Positions 1 through 13,623 of a DNA stretch of 64,000 nucleotides are shown here, piece by piece (the stretch's first letter is position 1; each line of letters opens with the position of its first letter). The notes under the pieces were generated by a model, which saw nothing but the letters and a program-made list of their open reading frames with translations, made no database searches and had not been told where the DNA came from. A program made the translations under genes and the position numbers. The stretch spans positions 11,517,035 through 11,581,034 of the forward strand of contig NC_068983.1 of assembly GCF_001194135.2 (NCBI RefSeq), given 5' to 3'. The DNA comes from Octopus bimaculoides (lineage: Eukaryota).

Positions 1-153
1 TTTACATTTGACGGGTATATCAGTCGAAATGTTGTGTTAGCAACAAACAAGATGAAGACAAATATCTGTCAAATGTCAATAATGTATCAAATAAATAGTT
101 TGACCCTTCTTATTTAGAAAGCTGTTTTAAATATAAAAACAATCAGGTCTCAC

Positions 154-390
154 CTTTTCTTCTCCTAGATCTGTGTCCTCTTTCTAAATCTCGGCCACGG
201 CTATGATAACCATGAATGTCGTAACGATCATGTCTGTAATCTCCATCCCGCAACCGACTACGATGATGGTGATGTGCAATTTCACTATCTGAAGATGGAG
301 CACCGTGATTGGCAGTTCCATGCCTATGTTGAGCATTTATTTTCATTTTTAGTTTCATTTGTCTAGCACGTTCCTCTAAATCTTGTGTTA
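154..390 (-). CDS. RIMS: RIM exon (VTQDLEERARQMKLKMK...His/Arg/Asp-rich...RSRRRK)
   Basis: tttctttttag acceptor, gtgaga donor, 237 nt, phase 1-1. Confidence 0.92.
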
Positions 391-3300
391 CTAAAAAGAA
401 ATGAAAGAAATATAAGAAACATACTAGATTCTGATTTATATCATAAGAAACAAGAAATATTTTGAATTTAAAAACTTCAAAAATCTAAAAAAAACAAATT
501 TTAATTTCTTTAAAAACTTTTGCTACAATATTGCTATTTTTTGGAGGGTTTTCATTGTTATACAAATGATGGAATGACAAAATTTTAGGTAACATGAAAT
601 TATTTTTACACTGATAAGTAAAAACCAAAAGAGGTTTTACATATCTATAGATGGTAGATCAAATCATGAAAAAGTAGGGGAAGGAGAGAGAGAGAGGGGG
701 GGTAAGTATATGAGAAAAGGTCAGTTTGAAGAGAATACAAATTTAATTTGTGCAAGGAAAAATGATATTGAAGAGACAATGTGGAATACAAAGCTGAAGC
801 TTGAGACATTTAGATTATAAATTATGTAATTTAGAGAGTTTATTGATGCTTTGATCATATAATGTGACAGGAAGTATTTGATCCAAGAGATAAAGGAATC
901 ACTTTACTAAAAGGTTCTTGTACAAGACATGGTTGAAATCTACACTATCATCAAGGGCAACAATATTGCATTGTCACACTTCTCAAGAAGGAAAGTTACA
1001 GGTGTGTAATGTCAAATAGTAGTCTTCTGGCAGATGCACCTCTACAAAAGCTATATTAGTGATCAATAAAGAGGAAAGGCATTGGTTGTTTATGACTATT
1101 TCGATTGATTGTCATGTGACAACTTGCTGGGGCAGCCTGCTGGAGCCTAGCAGCGGGTATTTAAAGGGAAACTTGACAAGACAGTCAGTCAGCCGCTGAC
1201 ACTCGTTGACGCTGCATCAAAGAAGCCAGGGAACAGAAGAAAGAAGACATGCACTCAACACCAGAGCTGAAGACACCTCTGAAAGGGGGCCCTGCCACGT
1301 CAAAACGCTAGAGGAGTAGGGGCCGAAACCGGATGTGGTTCCTCCTGATGATGTCTTGAGCTAACTGGATCCTATAAAGGAGCTGTTGTGGTAGCAGACC
1401 ATGAAACATGGTTGAAATACCTTTGAGAGGCTGTTATGTGTTTCTAAAAGTTGAGATAGGTATCTGTAGAAAGAGAAAGTTTTGAGGTGCTTTATGAAAA
1501 TAGGGGCCAGCTAAGAAATGCACTATATGAGGGTGATAGCAAGCACATGGTAAGGTTTAGTTATTTTGTTGGGCTGAACAATTGCAAAACGACTACTTGA
1601 CAACCTGTATACATTATATTGAGAGTGGTGGGGGTTGGAAAAATATGCTTGAGAGAGGTTTTATTATGTTGAATTGAAAGCAAATTGTGTAGCAAATGTG
1701 ATGGATTTATCTGCAAGCATACTGAATAATCCTCTAAACCAACTCAAATACAAGGTTAGAAAGCATGCAGTTAGTTGTATGATGCTCAGCCAAAGAGCTT
1801 GCAAGTGAACAATGACATACACTATGATTGAGACAGAATAGGAAAAAATGCTTTAGAAACTATAAATGTTGTATATTGAAAATATAACTTGTGTTATGTA
1901 CTCACCTCGATCTCTACTGGCAATCTGTGCTTCAATTGGTATTGAAGGTAACTGTCGTTTCTTTGGAGAAGGTGTACTTGAAGGTGTGCCTCCAGCAGAC
2001 CGTGATGTGGTAGGTAGCACTCGTATAGGGGACATACCACGATTTTGTCTATGGAGTAAGTTAGAGCCATTTATTATTGCAAAATGTAATTTACACAATA
2101 GGAAATAAAAGATCTCCATATTAGGGTTTTAAAATGTATTTTAGAGAAATGAAAAATAATCAAATGTCTAATTAAGAAGTTAATAAAGAAATGACACGTG
2201 ATCATTAAATTAGCAGTAAATTTTTCTATTGAGATAAGCTATTAACTAGAACTGCAAAACAAAACTATTTTTTTTACTTATCTAAAGTTATAAAATAAAG
2301 AAATAGTTGTAACTAGCTTTTTATCATTTAGAAAAGTTTGAAATATTTTTAAAAGAGTTTAGCTCAGCAATGGAAGTCATATATGTACAGATATTAGCTT
2401 ATCAAAATAAGATGAAAAGCACTCAGATATGTTTAAAAGCTTATCCATTTGTTTTTTATGTGTTGCCACAAACAAACCTGGAACTATGGGGAGATAATGA
2501 CCTTGACAATGTCTCAGGCACTTGGTGACGGGCTGGAGATCGAGTAGTCCGAGAGGATCCATGATTCATATCTTCAACCGGTGACCGAGATCTCTGTCGT
2601 GTTCCTTTCTCTGGAACGACAAGGGACCCTCCTTCAGGATGGTTATGTTTACGGTGATCATCAAGTTCATCTCTGGCAATAACTATATAAATATAACGAT
2701 GAAAAAACAGTTATATTCAGGCGGTATAGTCAAAGTAATTAGAAGTTAATTAATTTAAGACACATGGGTGAATTTGAAGAAAATTACAGTTAAATGCACA
2801 AATAATCCATGCAAGCATGCACAAATAATACAATAACAGTTTGATAGAACAACAAACACTACAATGAAATAAAACAAATACAATTTTCGGTTCTCTAATT
2901 GGTTTGGCTCTTTTAAGAACAAAATAAACGTATTGATAAATATTCATTGCTGAAGGAAAACATTATAAATAATAATAATAATTTTTGTTTTATATTTCCG
3001 TCAGTACCCCCAAAATCTTAAAAAAGAAAAATAAAGTTAAACAGTAACAAACTTTCTGGGAGCAAAGATTGGCCAGTTTGTATTCGTCAGACCTAATTTA
3101 AAGTAAAAGTTGTAAGTATTTATTTTATAGAATTAAATATTTCTCTACAAGTTCTTTAATTTTTCCATTTGATCTACTTTTATCCATGAGAGGGGACAAA
3201 CATATAGCTGATTTCTTGAAAAAATCTCATACTTTTATTGTTCAGTGCATGTTAGTTGGAATGAAATACTGATAAGTGCTAACTAAAACTTGAAGTTGCT

Positions 3301-6300
3301 GGAGATTATCTACATGGGTATAATCAGTACTGTAAAGTTAATAAAAATGGGTAAGCTTGTGTTTTGTTAAAGAGAAAAGAATTCTAATTCTTTTTGGAGA
3401 ATGAGAAAAAAAGGAATCTTTATGAAGAAGTAATATAGTTGGGGGGGAATTATGAATGATGACAGGAAGGAGGAGAGAAGAAAAATATATATCGAGAGAG
3501 GTGGTTGAAATTGGGAAATGACGAGAAAGGTAGGAAGAGATAATGCATGAAATGGGTGAGAGATCAACATCTAGTCATAAGAGACATATAAAAAAATAAG
3601 GCATGATAAAAATAATAAAATAGGAAAGGAGAGTTAGATCAAAGTAGAGATAAAGTGAAAGTGCCAAAGTAAGAAAACTTTAAAATTAAGATGTAAAGGT
3701 GAAAATGAGATACTAAAGAAAAGAACAAGAGAAAAAAATGAGAGTAAGAAGGTGATATTAAAGGGAAGACAAAAGAGTTTATTGATTCTGACAGGTGAAG
3801 AAAATTCAAGAGTATAGATGAAAAGATTTTTCCTGTGTAGGTAGATTAATATTAATAAAACAAGATGATATCACAAACTGAACTGTGGTTGTTGAATTAG
3901 TCTGACAAATTGACAAAATGAAGAGCTGGTTCACTGGCTTAGAGTGTTCCCAAGCAATGTTCATGACTTCAAGATGTTCACTGAAATGATAATTTACAGT
4001 GCACTCCATTTAAATGGAGTTAACGTTAGATTTGCATGCTAAATTGTTAACAGACGATGCAGTTTATTGGATTTACATGCTAAATTGTTAACAGAAGATG
4101 CAGTTTATGGAGGTGCAGTCAGGATGGTAATTAACATAGAATTAGGTTCTTAGGATGAATATAAAGGTAGTTCTAGAGTGAAGTAAAGTTGCAGAAGTGG
4201 AAGATTCTAATGGTAGATTGTATAACAATTTTGAAAGATATGAAAAGAGATCTGAGAAAGAAGGGAAAAGTTTCTGGTTGGGAATATAGAAAGTGGGAGA
4301 AGCAGATTATATTGCAAAGAAACAGCTGAAAAGAAACGAATGGAAATTGATGAAAAACAGGAGTGTGATGGTTCTGCAGATAGCTTTGTTATATATGCAG
4401 TCACATACATGGGATCTAAAGAGAAAGACGGAGTAAAAGAAACTGAGAAAGAAAACAGGGTGGGTCTGATGTGTGTGAGATGAAAAGAGGAATGAGAACT
4501 GTTAGTTTAGCTGTTTGTCAATGGTGATCATAATTGTAGCACATAGGCAGGCACAAGAATAACTAGGTTTAAATAAAGATACCTTGTTGCAGGTATACCT
4601 TGGTTCTGTCTGAACAGGCACTCTGACATGCAGTGCTTCTGCTCAGATGAGAATACACCCTGGGCAAAGACAAATATCAATGTTTATAGTTAATGTTGGC
4701 AAGGACAAGGTAGTTAAGCTAAAGTTCCAGTGAACTGAATCTACAACTCAATTTTGATTTCTAGGAAAAGGCATTTTACTTCATTTGCATTTCTTAACCA
4801 CTGAAAAGAGTATCGATGAAATATTTTGTCTCTGCAAGAAAACAATGATAACAGCTTCTTGCAACAAATTGTAATATGTGTGTGTGGGTGTGTGTTTTGA
4901 TGAATCGGCTGGAATATCTTGAAAGGAATAATGAAATATTCTGCAAGACCCATAAAGGAAGTTCAAGATGCTATTCAAGCAGGAGTTTATTTTCTAAATT
5001 GAAAAAAAAAAAAAAAAAAAATGAAGTGATTTCATCATATAAATTCAACTTCATGCAAAAGATGCTGCAAGTTTGGCTTAGGAAATATCTGTCTATGTAA
5101 AAAAAAAAAAAAAAAATTAAATGGTAAAAGTCAATTTTAGTTAATTAATATATGTTTTTCTCTGATTTTATGTAAAAAGATTGTAAAATGTAGCATAAAA
5201 TTGAACCTTTGATTAATTGCTTAACATCCTGTTGAAACTCATTACTATAATGAACAGAAATAAATGATAGAGGAAGGGGTTAGAGATTTTTCTGTAATAT
5301 TAGAGTTTCTTACATCCTTCAACATGAATGTAAACAAGGTTAGCACAATTTGTACAATATCATACATTTCAGCAGTGGCTGACTGATGCAGTCATATGTG
5401 ATACTTCATTATACAAAAAGTTAAGAGTTAATATATGACTGAAATAACTCTAAGAGTTTTCGTTTTCTCAATGAGTTAAACTGGAAATAGTTGGGGCGTC
5501 ATGGTTTATAACCAAGCGATGTCATAAGAATCAATTTTTGTTATGTAAATATTTCAGTGAATCTGAAGTCCAGATTCTGATGTAATTTTAATGTAATAAG
5601 TTTCTTCAATAAATTAATTTCCATTGTCGATAAAACTTGTAAAACGATAGTTTTAGATCAAGTTATTTTGAACTTTTTTCTATTGATTAAAGCCTGTACC
5701 TAACTGAAATATTTCTTAACCTGCATAATCCTAATTTTTATTGAGTTATTCAAAGTGTTTGAAGGTTGTTATCAAGATGTATGAATCTGGTTAGCTTTGG
5801 TAATTCAAGAACATCAAAAGGACTTGTAAAACCTCAATGGAAATTAGATAAGTGAGTGGCTCTGTCAATACATATCAATAAAATAGACAGTTTGGACTTG
5901 AGGAAAATAATATGACCGTCATTATCAAGACATTAATCTGTTTTAGTTTGGGTAATAGGAGAATATCAAATAGAATTTTTAAAATTATTGAAAAGAATAA
6001 ATCAAACAAATTATCATGCTATACATATCAATAATGAAAAATGGAGACTGGACTGATTGGAACATTAGCCAATTATCTTTACACAAAATGCTCTGTAAGT
6101 AAAAAATCCCCTGAAAATCAATGAAAATGTGCTATCCTTGTTTTATTATGTAATTTATATGCATGTAATACAGGCACAAACCTTATTAATGATGATATAG
6201 TGAAATCATAATTTATTGCCAACTACGTGAATTCATTTTATTGCATAGTAATTTTAATAACCAAGGTTGTGCAATGAAGTACAACTGACTGTATTTAAAT

Positions 6301-7484
6301 AAATAGTAAATATATTGTAAATTAACACCTTGTTTTGTTGAAGTCATTTAATATATAGTTTTTATCTGATAGATTTGATTTTAATAAAAAATTGATATTC
6401 TCTAGAATAGTATCAATTCATTACAGTTGAATATATGATTATGCAAATACACAGTTTTAAAATTTGAGCCTTAATAATTATCTTATTTTACAATTTTGTA
6501 AAAAAATATTTTACTTTGAAATATTTATTCAATTAATCCTTTTTTTGTTTTGTATTTACTATAATATATCTATCTATCTATCTGCCTGTCTGTCTATCTG
6601 TCTATGATCCTCTGCTCTTCTAAATATATATATATATACACATATATATAAGGGCAGGGGATCATAGAATTGGTAGACACTAGATACAATACTTTGAGGC
6701 ATTTAAGCACACTTCTTATACTTTGAGTTTTATTCTCGACAAGGTCAATGCCGTTTGTTGTTAATGTTTCTAGACTGCTAAAAGTACTTGTTTGATTGTG
6801 GTGGGTATCTAGTTGACTGTCTTTTCAAAGATTTGTAGCCATGTTCTAACTTTCAAAAATCACCATGATATGCATACAGTAAAATTTTCAGGGACAAATG
6901 AAGGAATAATTTGTGGCATTGAAATCTACATTAAAAAAGTTACTATGGAACTACCCTTTAAGTCTGAGAATAAAAAAAAGGGACAAATATTTTTGTCTCA
7001 TATATAATAAAAATATTTTTAATCAAAAGCTTTAAATGTGTTAATGCAAATGATAAAGCATGCAAAGGAAATTTGATAGAATTAAAATTAATTTTGCCAG
7101 TAGAATGTAATTTAGAAACCTACAAAAAAAAAAAAAAATTGTGAAAAAAACCCTGACAGTAAAACCTGAATAACATAAAAAGGAAGAAATTTATGGGAAG
7201 AAAATAAGTACATACAAAGAATATGTAAAAAAAAGTGGGGTTTAAAAACCAAACAAAATAAAATACAGATGTTTACATTAAATGGGTAAAAAATAAAATT
7301 AGGAAATACAGCAAGGTGACAAAGGGTTAGGAAGTTTTTTTCTGAAAACATTGACAGTGTAACTAAATAAATTAAAAATTTCAGGTAAAAGAGACTATAA
7401 CGAGAATGAGTACTCTTGTGAAGAGCAATTTTATGGATGTTCTTAACTTTCCTCTCAACCTTGGCATATGCATCATATATATAT

Positions 7485-7527
<43 letters not shown>

Positions 7528-10500
7528 GTACACAAATACTGTGAAAATTAAAGAATACATATTTAATTATTGATTTCTTACACATGTAAGGAGCAAAAAA
7601 TTTAGGAGAAGGTATAGTCAATTAAATCAACCCCAGTACAAGACTGGTACTTTATTTTATCAATCCTGGAAGGACGAAAGGCAAAGTTGATATCTGAGGA
7701 GTTAGAAAGTAAAGAGTCATTAAAATATCACAAGGTATTTTGTTTGACGCTTTACCACTTCTGCCTCTTAAAATATATCTGACTGAAGCAGAAATTAAAA
7801 CAAAGGTGAGAGAAGAAAGAAAGAAGTCCATTGGTACTAATAGAATCTACCTGTCCCACTGCGCCGTCTGGTAGTTGGTGATCCAACCCCACGATCTCTG
7901 CGAGATTTGCACCTGCCATCCATAATCTCAGAATAATCCTCATTGAGGTGTGCTGCACTGATGGCGCTACTCAGAGAGCTGATGCTACTTCCACCCATCC
8001 TTTCTAAAAGAGCAGCACCTGGGCAGATAGCAGTTAAAATAAGCAAGTTAGATAGAATTAGAGATTTAGTAAAACTGGAACACTTAGGAACCTAAAGAAT
8101 TAATCAGTACAAAACCGGTAAGATCATTGAACTACAAAGAGAAATATAATAAAAAAGATAAAAAGCAAAATATCGTTGAATAGTATTAGAGAAACATATG
8201 CATGTTATATGTCTGTAATACTCAAATGTAGGCATGCATAAATATATAGATATATATCCATACAAATATTGGTTACTTTAAGTTTTACATGCTCCAATAT
8301 ACAAATTGTTACCAATCAGTACAGACCTACCTTAATCCAGTGTGAGGATGCAAAATGTTAGATATATTTAACTCATGTTAAGAAGGGAAATAACACAATT
8401 GGGACACTGTAGATATACATTGTTTACGCCAGGCATGGGCAACCTATTTTGAGAAGTAGGCCACATGAGACATGGGTCATCATCTGGCAGGCTGCATGAC
8501 TAAAAAATTCAAGGTAGTTCTTCGCTACAGGTGTGCCATTCAGAGTCCTGTGGGCCACAGGTTGCCCATGACTGGTTTACACACATGTACAAATGCTATT
8601 CTTTCTCTTATGTTCTTACAAAAGTGTATTATAGTTTAATCATTTTTATTATATTTAAACATAGATTGGCAGCTGTTATAGCCATCTTTTAGACTTAACA
8701 TACATTTTCAGCCTTTATAGTCCTTTTATATGCAAGTACAGTCACAAGTTGAACATAGTTATATATTGTATGCACTGCTGAAGCAAATACTTCATAATAT
8801 GAAGATTTTTCTAATGTAAATCACTGAATCATGAATTGGGAATGATACATATTTTCAGGGGAAAAAAAAATTACCTAAGATAACTAGAATTGTGAATCTT
8901 ACTCATCCAGATCAATGTTGTTAATGTTAACATTTAAAATCATGTAATATAGTATGTAAACAGCTAGAAAACCTCAGTGTTTTCATGTTTTAAACTGAAA
9001 CGGTAATACTGTTAAAGTGCATTACTTTATTTCAAATCTGTTGCCAAATAGATTTATCAATTATTTTACAGAAATCATGTGCCACAAATGAGATTATACA
9101 ACACGATTGTATATGGTTTGATAGTGATGAAATATTTTCTTTTTGACTGGGTAATAACTCAGTATGATTGAATATTATTCATATTCCAATAAGTTATTTC
9201 ATTTTTCCTTATTCATGCTCAATGAGAGCTGTGGGTGAGTAGATCTTTCTAATACATATAAAACATGGTTAACATTGGATGTTAAATAATGAATGATGAA
9301 TATATAAAAAAAACATGGTGCCATATAAATTCACTTGACAACGAAGCAATATGAATACTATAGATGATAAATCTTCACTGAAAATGTGCTGTAAGCAGTT
9401 GTAAGTCAACATGATAAGTGTGGAAGGAAGAACTAAAGAAGCAGTGAGGATAAAACATAGTAGCAAGTAAAATATTAACTAGGCTGTTAAACCCATTATC
9501 TTTTCTAACTTCACTGAATTCAATAATTTCTAGATATGTTAATTTTACACACAAGTGAAGTTCCAAGCATTATTTGTAACACAGGTTCTCAACACCTTAT
9601 TTTATACAAAACAGTGGATCAAGAATATATATATATATATATAAGTTGGGCAACTTAGAAGATCTTTAGAGAATATATTGTTGTTAGAAATATAATTGCA
9701 TATTATTTCATTAACATTTTAGGATCTTGATGAATGGAAATATGGATGGAAGAATTGATTGATTATAAATCATTATTCAAGCTAATTTAATCCATGTTGA
9801 TCAAATAGATGTTTAAGTTGAACATTTTCAGCTTGTGTGAAGTGATATGAAATTTGAAATAATATTTGTAATGTTTACAATAAAGTTATATGCTAAATAC
9901 CTCACAACATTTAGTCTTATCTGTCTAGGTCCAGAGTTTTAATACCCAAACAGACCAATTTTTCATTTTGTAACACAGAGGTTGGTAAAAACAAGCTTTA
10001 TATTTCACTGCATTTCACTTGATTCTATTATTTTTCTAAAGAATGAGCTTTATGTTTAATGAAAATAAATAATATTTAAACATAATATAGATATGTTTGA
10101 ATGCATGTATTTTGTCCTTGAAAACGGCTCATATGTATCCTTGTTAAATATGAGCATTGTTGTAAGAATTTGAGTATAAGGTGACCCGTCTTTCTCAGAG
10201 ACAATTTCTGGGAAAAAGAAAACCACACTTTATAATCAAACATGTATTGTAAAATAATTCTAGCTCCTTGTGAGTTTAGTTTTGCTTAAACATGTTCTCA
10301 TGAAGAATTGCAAAAGCAAAGTATTAAATTAATAATGGTTTAGGACATCAATCTAAGGTAAGCTGTTGATATTAATCTGTGTTTAACCTATACCAACATG
10401 AAAAAAAATTAATGTTAACTAATGATAATGAAGAGGATGAGGATGATGGCAATGATGATGATGATTATTGATGCTCTATTACACTTATATATCCAGGAAT

Positions 10501-13500
10501 CTGATTTTATCTTCTATAACAAACTGGATCATAATTTTTAGTTAAGCCTATAAATTTTTATAAAGTGATTTTAGTGTCTAGATCACAAAGTATATTTTAA
10601 AAAAAATCTTTTGATGTTTGCAATAATTATGTTAAACAGCATGAAAATATACAAAAATACATAAATAAATGAATAAAATAATAATAATAATAAATGACAT
10701 GCTATTTTTTAAAATGAGTTAGGAATGTTTTGAATTTCTGTAGAATCAAGATTTTTTTCCCAAAACATCACTGTGCATTTCAAATTACACAAAACAAAGA
10801 ACAGTTTAGTAAAATGACAGCAAAATACATACAACCACACAGTAGGTGCTGCATTATAACAACAGTTTCAATAAGCTGAAAGAGGAATTTTTTAATATTA
10901 ACCACAACAGATTCAAGTGTGATTTATAAGTTAAGCTTCATCAATGGACAGAGCACTTTAAGGATAATAGTTTTTCAAAATTATTTTGATCAGCATGCTG
11001 AATAATATAAAGAATATTACAGAGAGATGCAAACAATAAATAAAAACAAAGTATTAGTTATTATACAGTTTATAAGAGTAGTATTTGAAAAAGTTTGAAA
11101 GTACACCAAAGGGAATAGTCATCAGATTATATCAAGTGCCAGTACAATTATAGCTGCATCCAGTTATAAATATTTGAGAAAATGATACATTAAGTGAGTT
11201 CATAAATTTCCAATAAATATGATGCAAGATTATACCTGTTTGAAAACTGTCATCATAATCAAATTCTGACATATCACTGTCACTGAAACCCCGAGAGCCA
11301 ACAGGTGGGGAAAGATGAACCTTTTGAATATCACCAGGATCATGGCTACTTTTCTGAGAAAAGAAATTAGAAATTTAGTAAATTCATAATGTTTTTTGTA
11401 GATGTGATAAAAGTTTGGTTAATATTAATAAACTGCTTATAATGTTAAAATATTTAACAATAATGGTGCAGAAAAAAATAAAAGGCTTTAAAATTTAGCT
11501 CCATCCATTTAGCTTAGTTCAAATATTCTTAGATTTGCCGTTGCTTTTTATCCCTCCGGGATTGACAAAATAATTACTAATCATACACTGGGGTTGATTC
11601 ACACTCGACAATCTATGACCTTATACCAATGAAAGATATTAGTAACGAGTTTGACAAAGCACCATTTCATGAGGGTCATTCTGCAATAAACTTAAATCAT
11701 TGTGGAGGTGCAATGGCCCAGTGATTAGGGCAGTGGACTCGCAGTTGGAGGATCGCAGTTTCGATTCCCAGACCGGGCATTGTGTGTGTTTATAGAGCAA
11801 AAACACCTAAAGCTCCATGAGGCTCCGGCAGGGGTGTTGTACTAAAGAGATAGGCAGCGAGCTGGCAGAAACGTTAGCACTTTGGGCAAAATGCTTAGTG
11901 GTATTTCGTCTGCCATTACGTTCTGAGTTCAAATTCCGCCGAGGTCGACTTTGCCTTTCATCCTTTCGGGGTCGATAAATTAAGTACCAGTTGTGTACTG
12001 GGGTTAATGTAATCAACTTAATCCCTTTGTCTGTCCTTGTTTTTCCCCTCAATGTTTAGCCCCTTGTGGGCAATAAAGAAAAAAAAAAGAAAAATAAACT
12101 TAAATCATTCTTTCAATACTGATTATCATCTTAGCTTTTTACTTAGAACACTCTAAATACTGTCTCTCATTCACTTCTAATTCCAGTTTCTTCGTCAATA
12201 AAAAAAAATGTCATATTCTACAATGAGAATCTAACAATCTGATAATATTAAATAGTAGTAATTTCAAGATAAACCTCGTTGGACGTTTTTTGGATGCACT
12301 TCTGTTTTGGAATTACAACTCTCTTCATTATCCCCTTCTTTTAATATTCAAATTCCCTCGAACCTAGTGTGAACATATCAAGGCTTTTCCATATATTCCG
12401 TTCTCTAGCAGCAAAACAGCCTCTGGAATTTATAGGCAAACTCTTTTGTCAATCAAAATGTTGTATTCCTTTATTTGGCATCAAGCTTAGAATATCTCTT
12501 ACTAACATTTCATTCTCAAAACAGGTTTAGTTTTTGCTTGGAATCAGGTGAGGGTAGGGAACAGGAGGAACATCCACAGAAGAAAACCTGCCTTAACAAA
12601 TTCCATCTGACACATGCAAGCATGGATAAATGGACATGAGACGATGATAATAATGATAAAAATGATGAGGATATGAGTGGCACAAAATAACAGAACAGAA
12701 AGTAATCTTTTCAGTAATGTTTCCAAACATATTCTTTCCTGTAACTTCCAGTATTGTATAGTAAAATTGTTTACTTACTGTGCGTGAGGAAGATGTGGGC
12801 AGTTGAATATTAGATTCATCCTGCTGCCGTAGTGGATACCACAGAGGATCATCCTTAAAATTGGCTCGAGATAAATCAATTATTACCTGAAGAAAATAGA
12901 ATATCTTTTAAAAAAAATTCATTTGTACATTTACATAAAACAACTGACATGTTTATTCTAAAATGTTATTGACAAATTTAAAATAATATCAAATGTTTAT
13001 ACAAATAGGCGTAAGAGTGGCTGTGTGGTAAGTAGCTTGCTTACAAACCACATGGTTCCGGGTTCAGTCCCACTGTGTGACACCTTGGGCATGTGTCTTG
13101 TACTATAACTTCGGGCTGACCAAAGCCTTGAGAGTGGATTTTGTAGACGGAAACTGAAAGAAGCCTGTCGTATATATGTATATATATATATATGTATATG
13201 TATGTGTGTGTATATGTTTGTGTGTCCGTGTTTGTCCCCCCAACATCATTTGACAACCGATGGTGGTGTGTTTACGTCCCCGTAACTTAGCGAGGATGAT
13301 AGAATAAATACTAGGCTTACAAAGAATAAGTCCTGGGGTCGATTTGCTCGACTAAAGGCGGTGCTCCAGCATGGCCACAGTCAAATGACTGAAACAAGTA
13401 AAAGAGTATATGATTATGTGCTTAAGAAGCTCACTTTGCAACAATGTGGTGTTAGCGTTATTCCACTGCAAAGCACCTTGGGCAAGTGTTTTCAACTATA

Positions 13501-13584
13501 GCCTTGGTATGCCTTGTGAGTGAATTTGATAGATGGAAATTGTGTGGAAGCCCCACATGTGTGAGTATGTGTGTATACATATAC

Positions 13585-13623
<39 letters not shown>

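Noticed and set aside
1866-2108. 80-aa plus-strand ORF
   Set aside because: Antisense shadow of RIM exon 1906-2048
4583-4659. Apparent RIM cassette exon with good AG/GT sites (GVFSSEQKHCMSECLFRQNQGIPAT)
   Set aside because: It gives a stop in the phase 1 required by the upstream exon, and its CLFRQNQGIP matches the Penelope CxFFxxRGYP spacing inside a larger remnant; exonisation is not excluded
11702-11780. tRNA-like sequences here and at 13006, 15814 and 20150-20225
   Set aside because: They are SINE heads continuing into repeat bodies, with no complete cloverleaf
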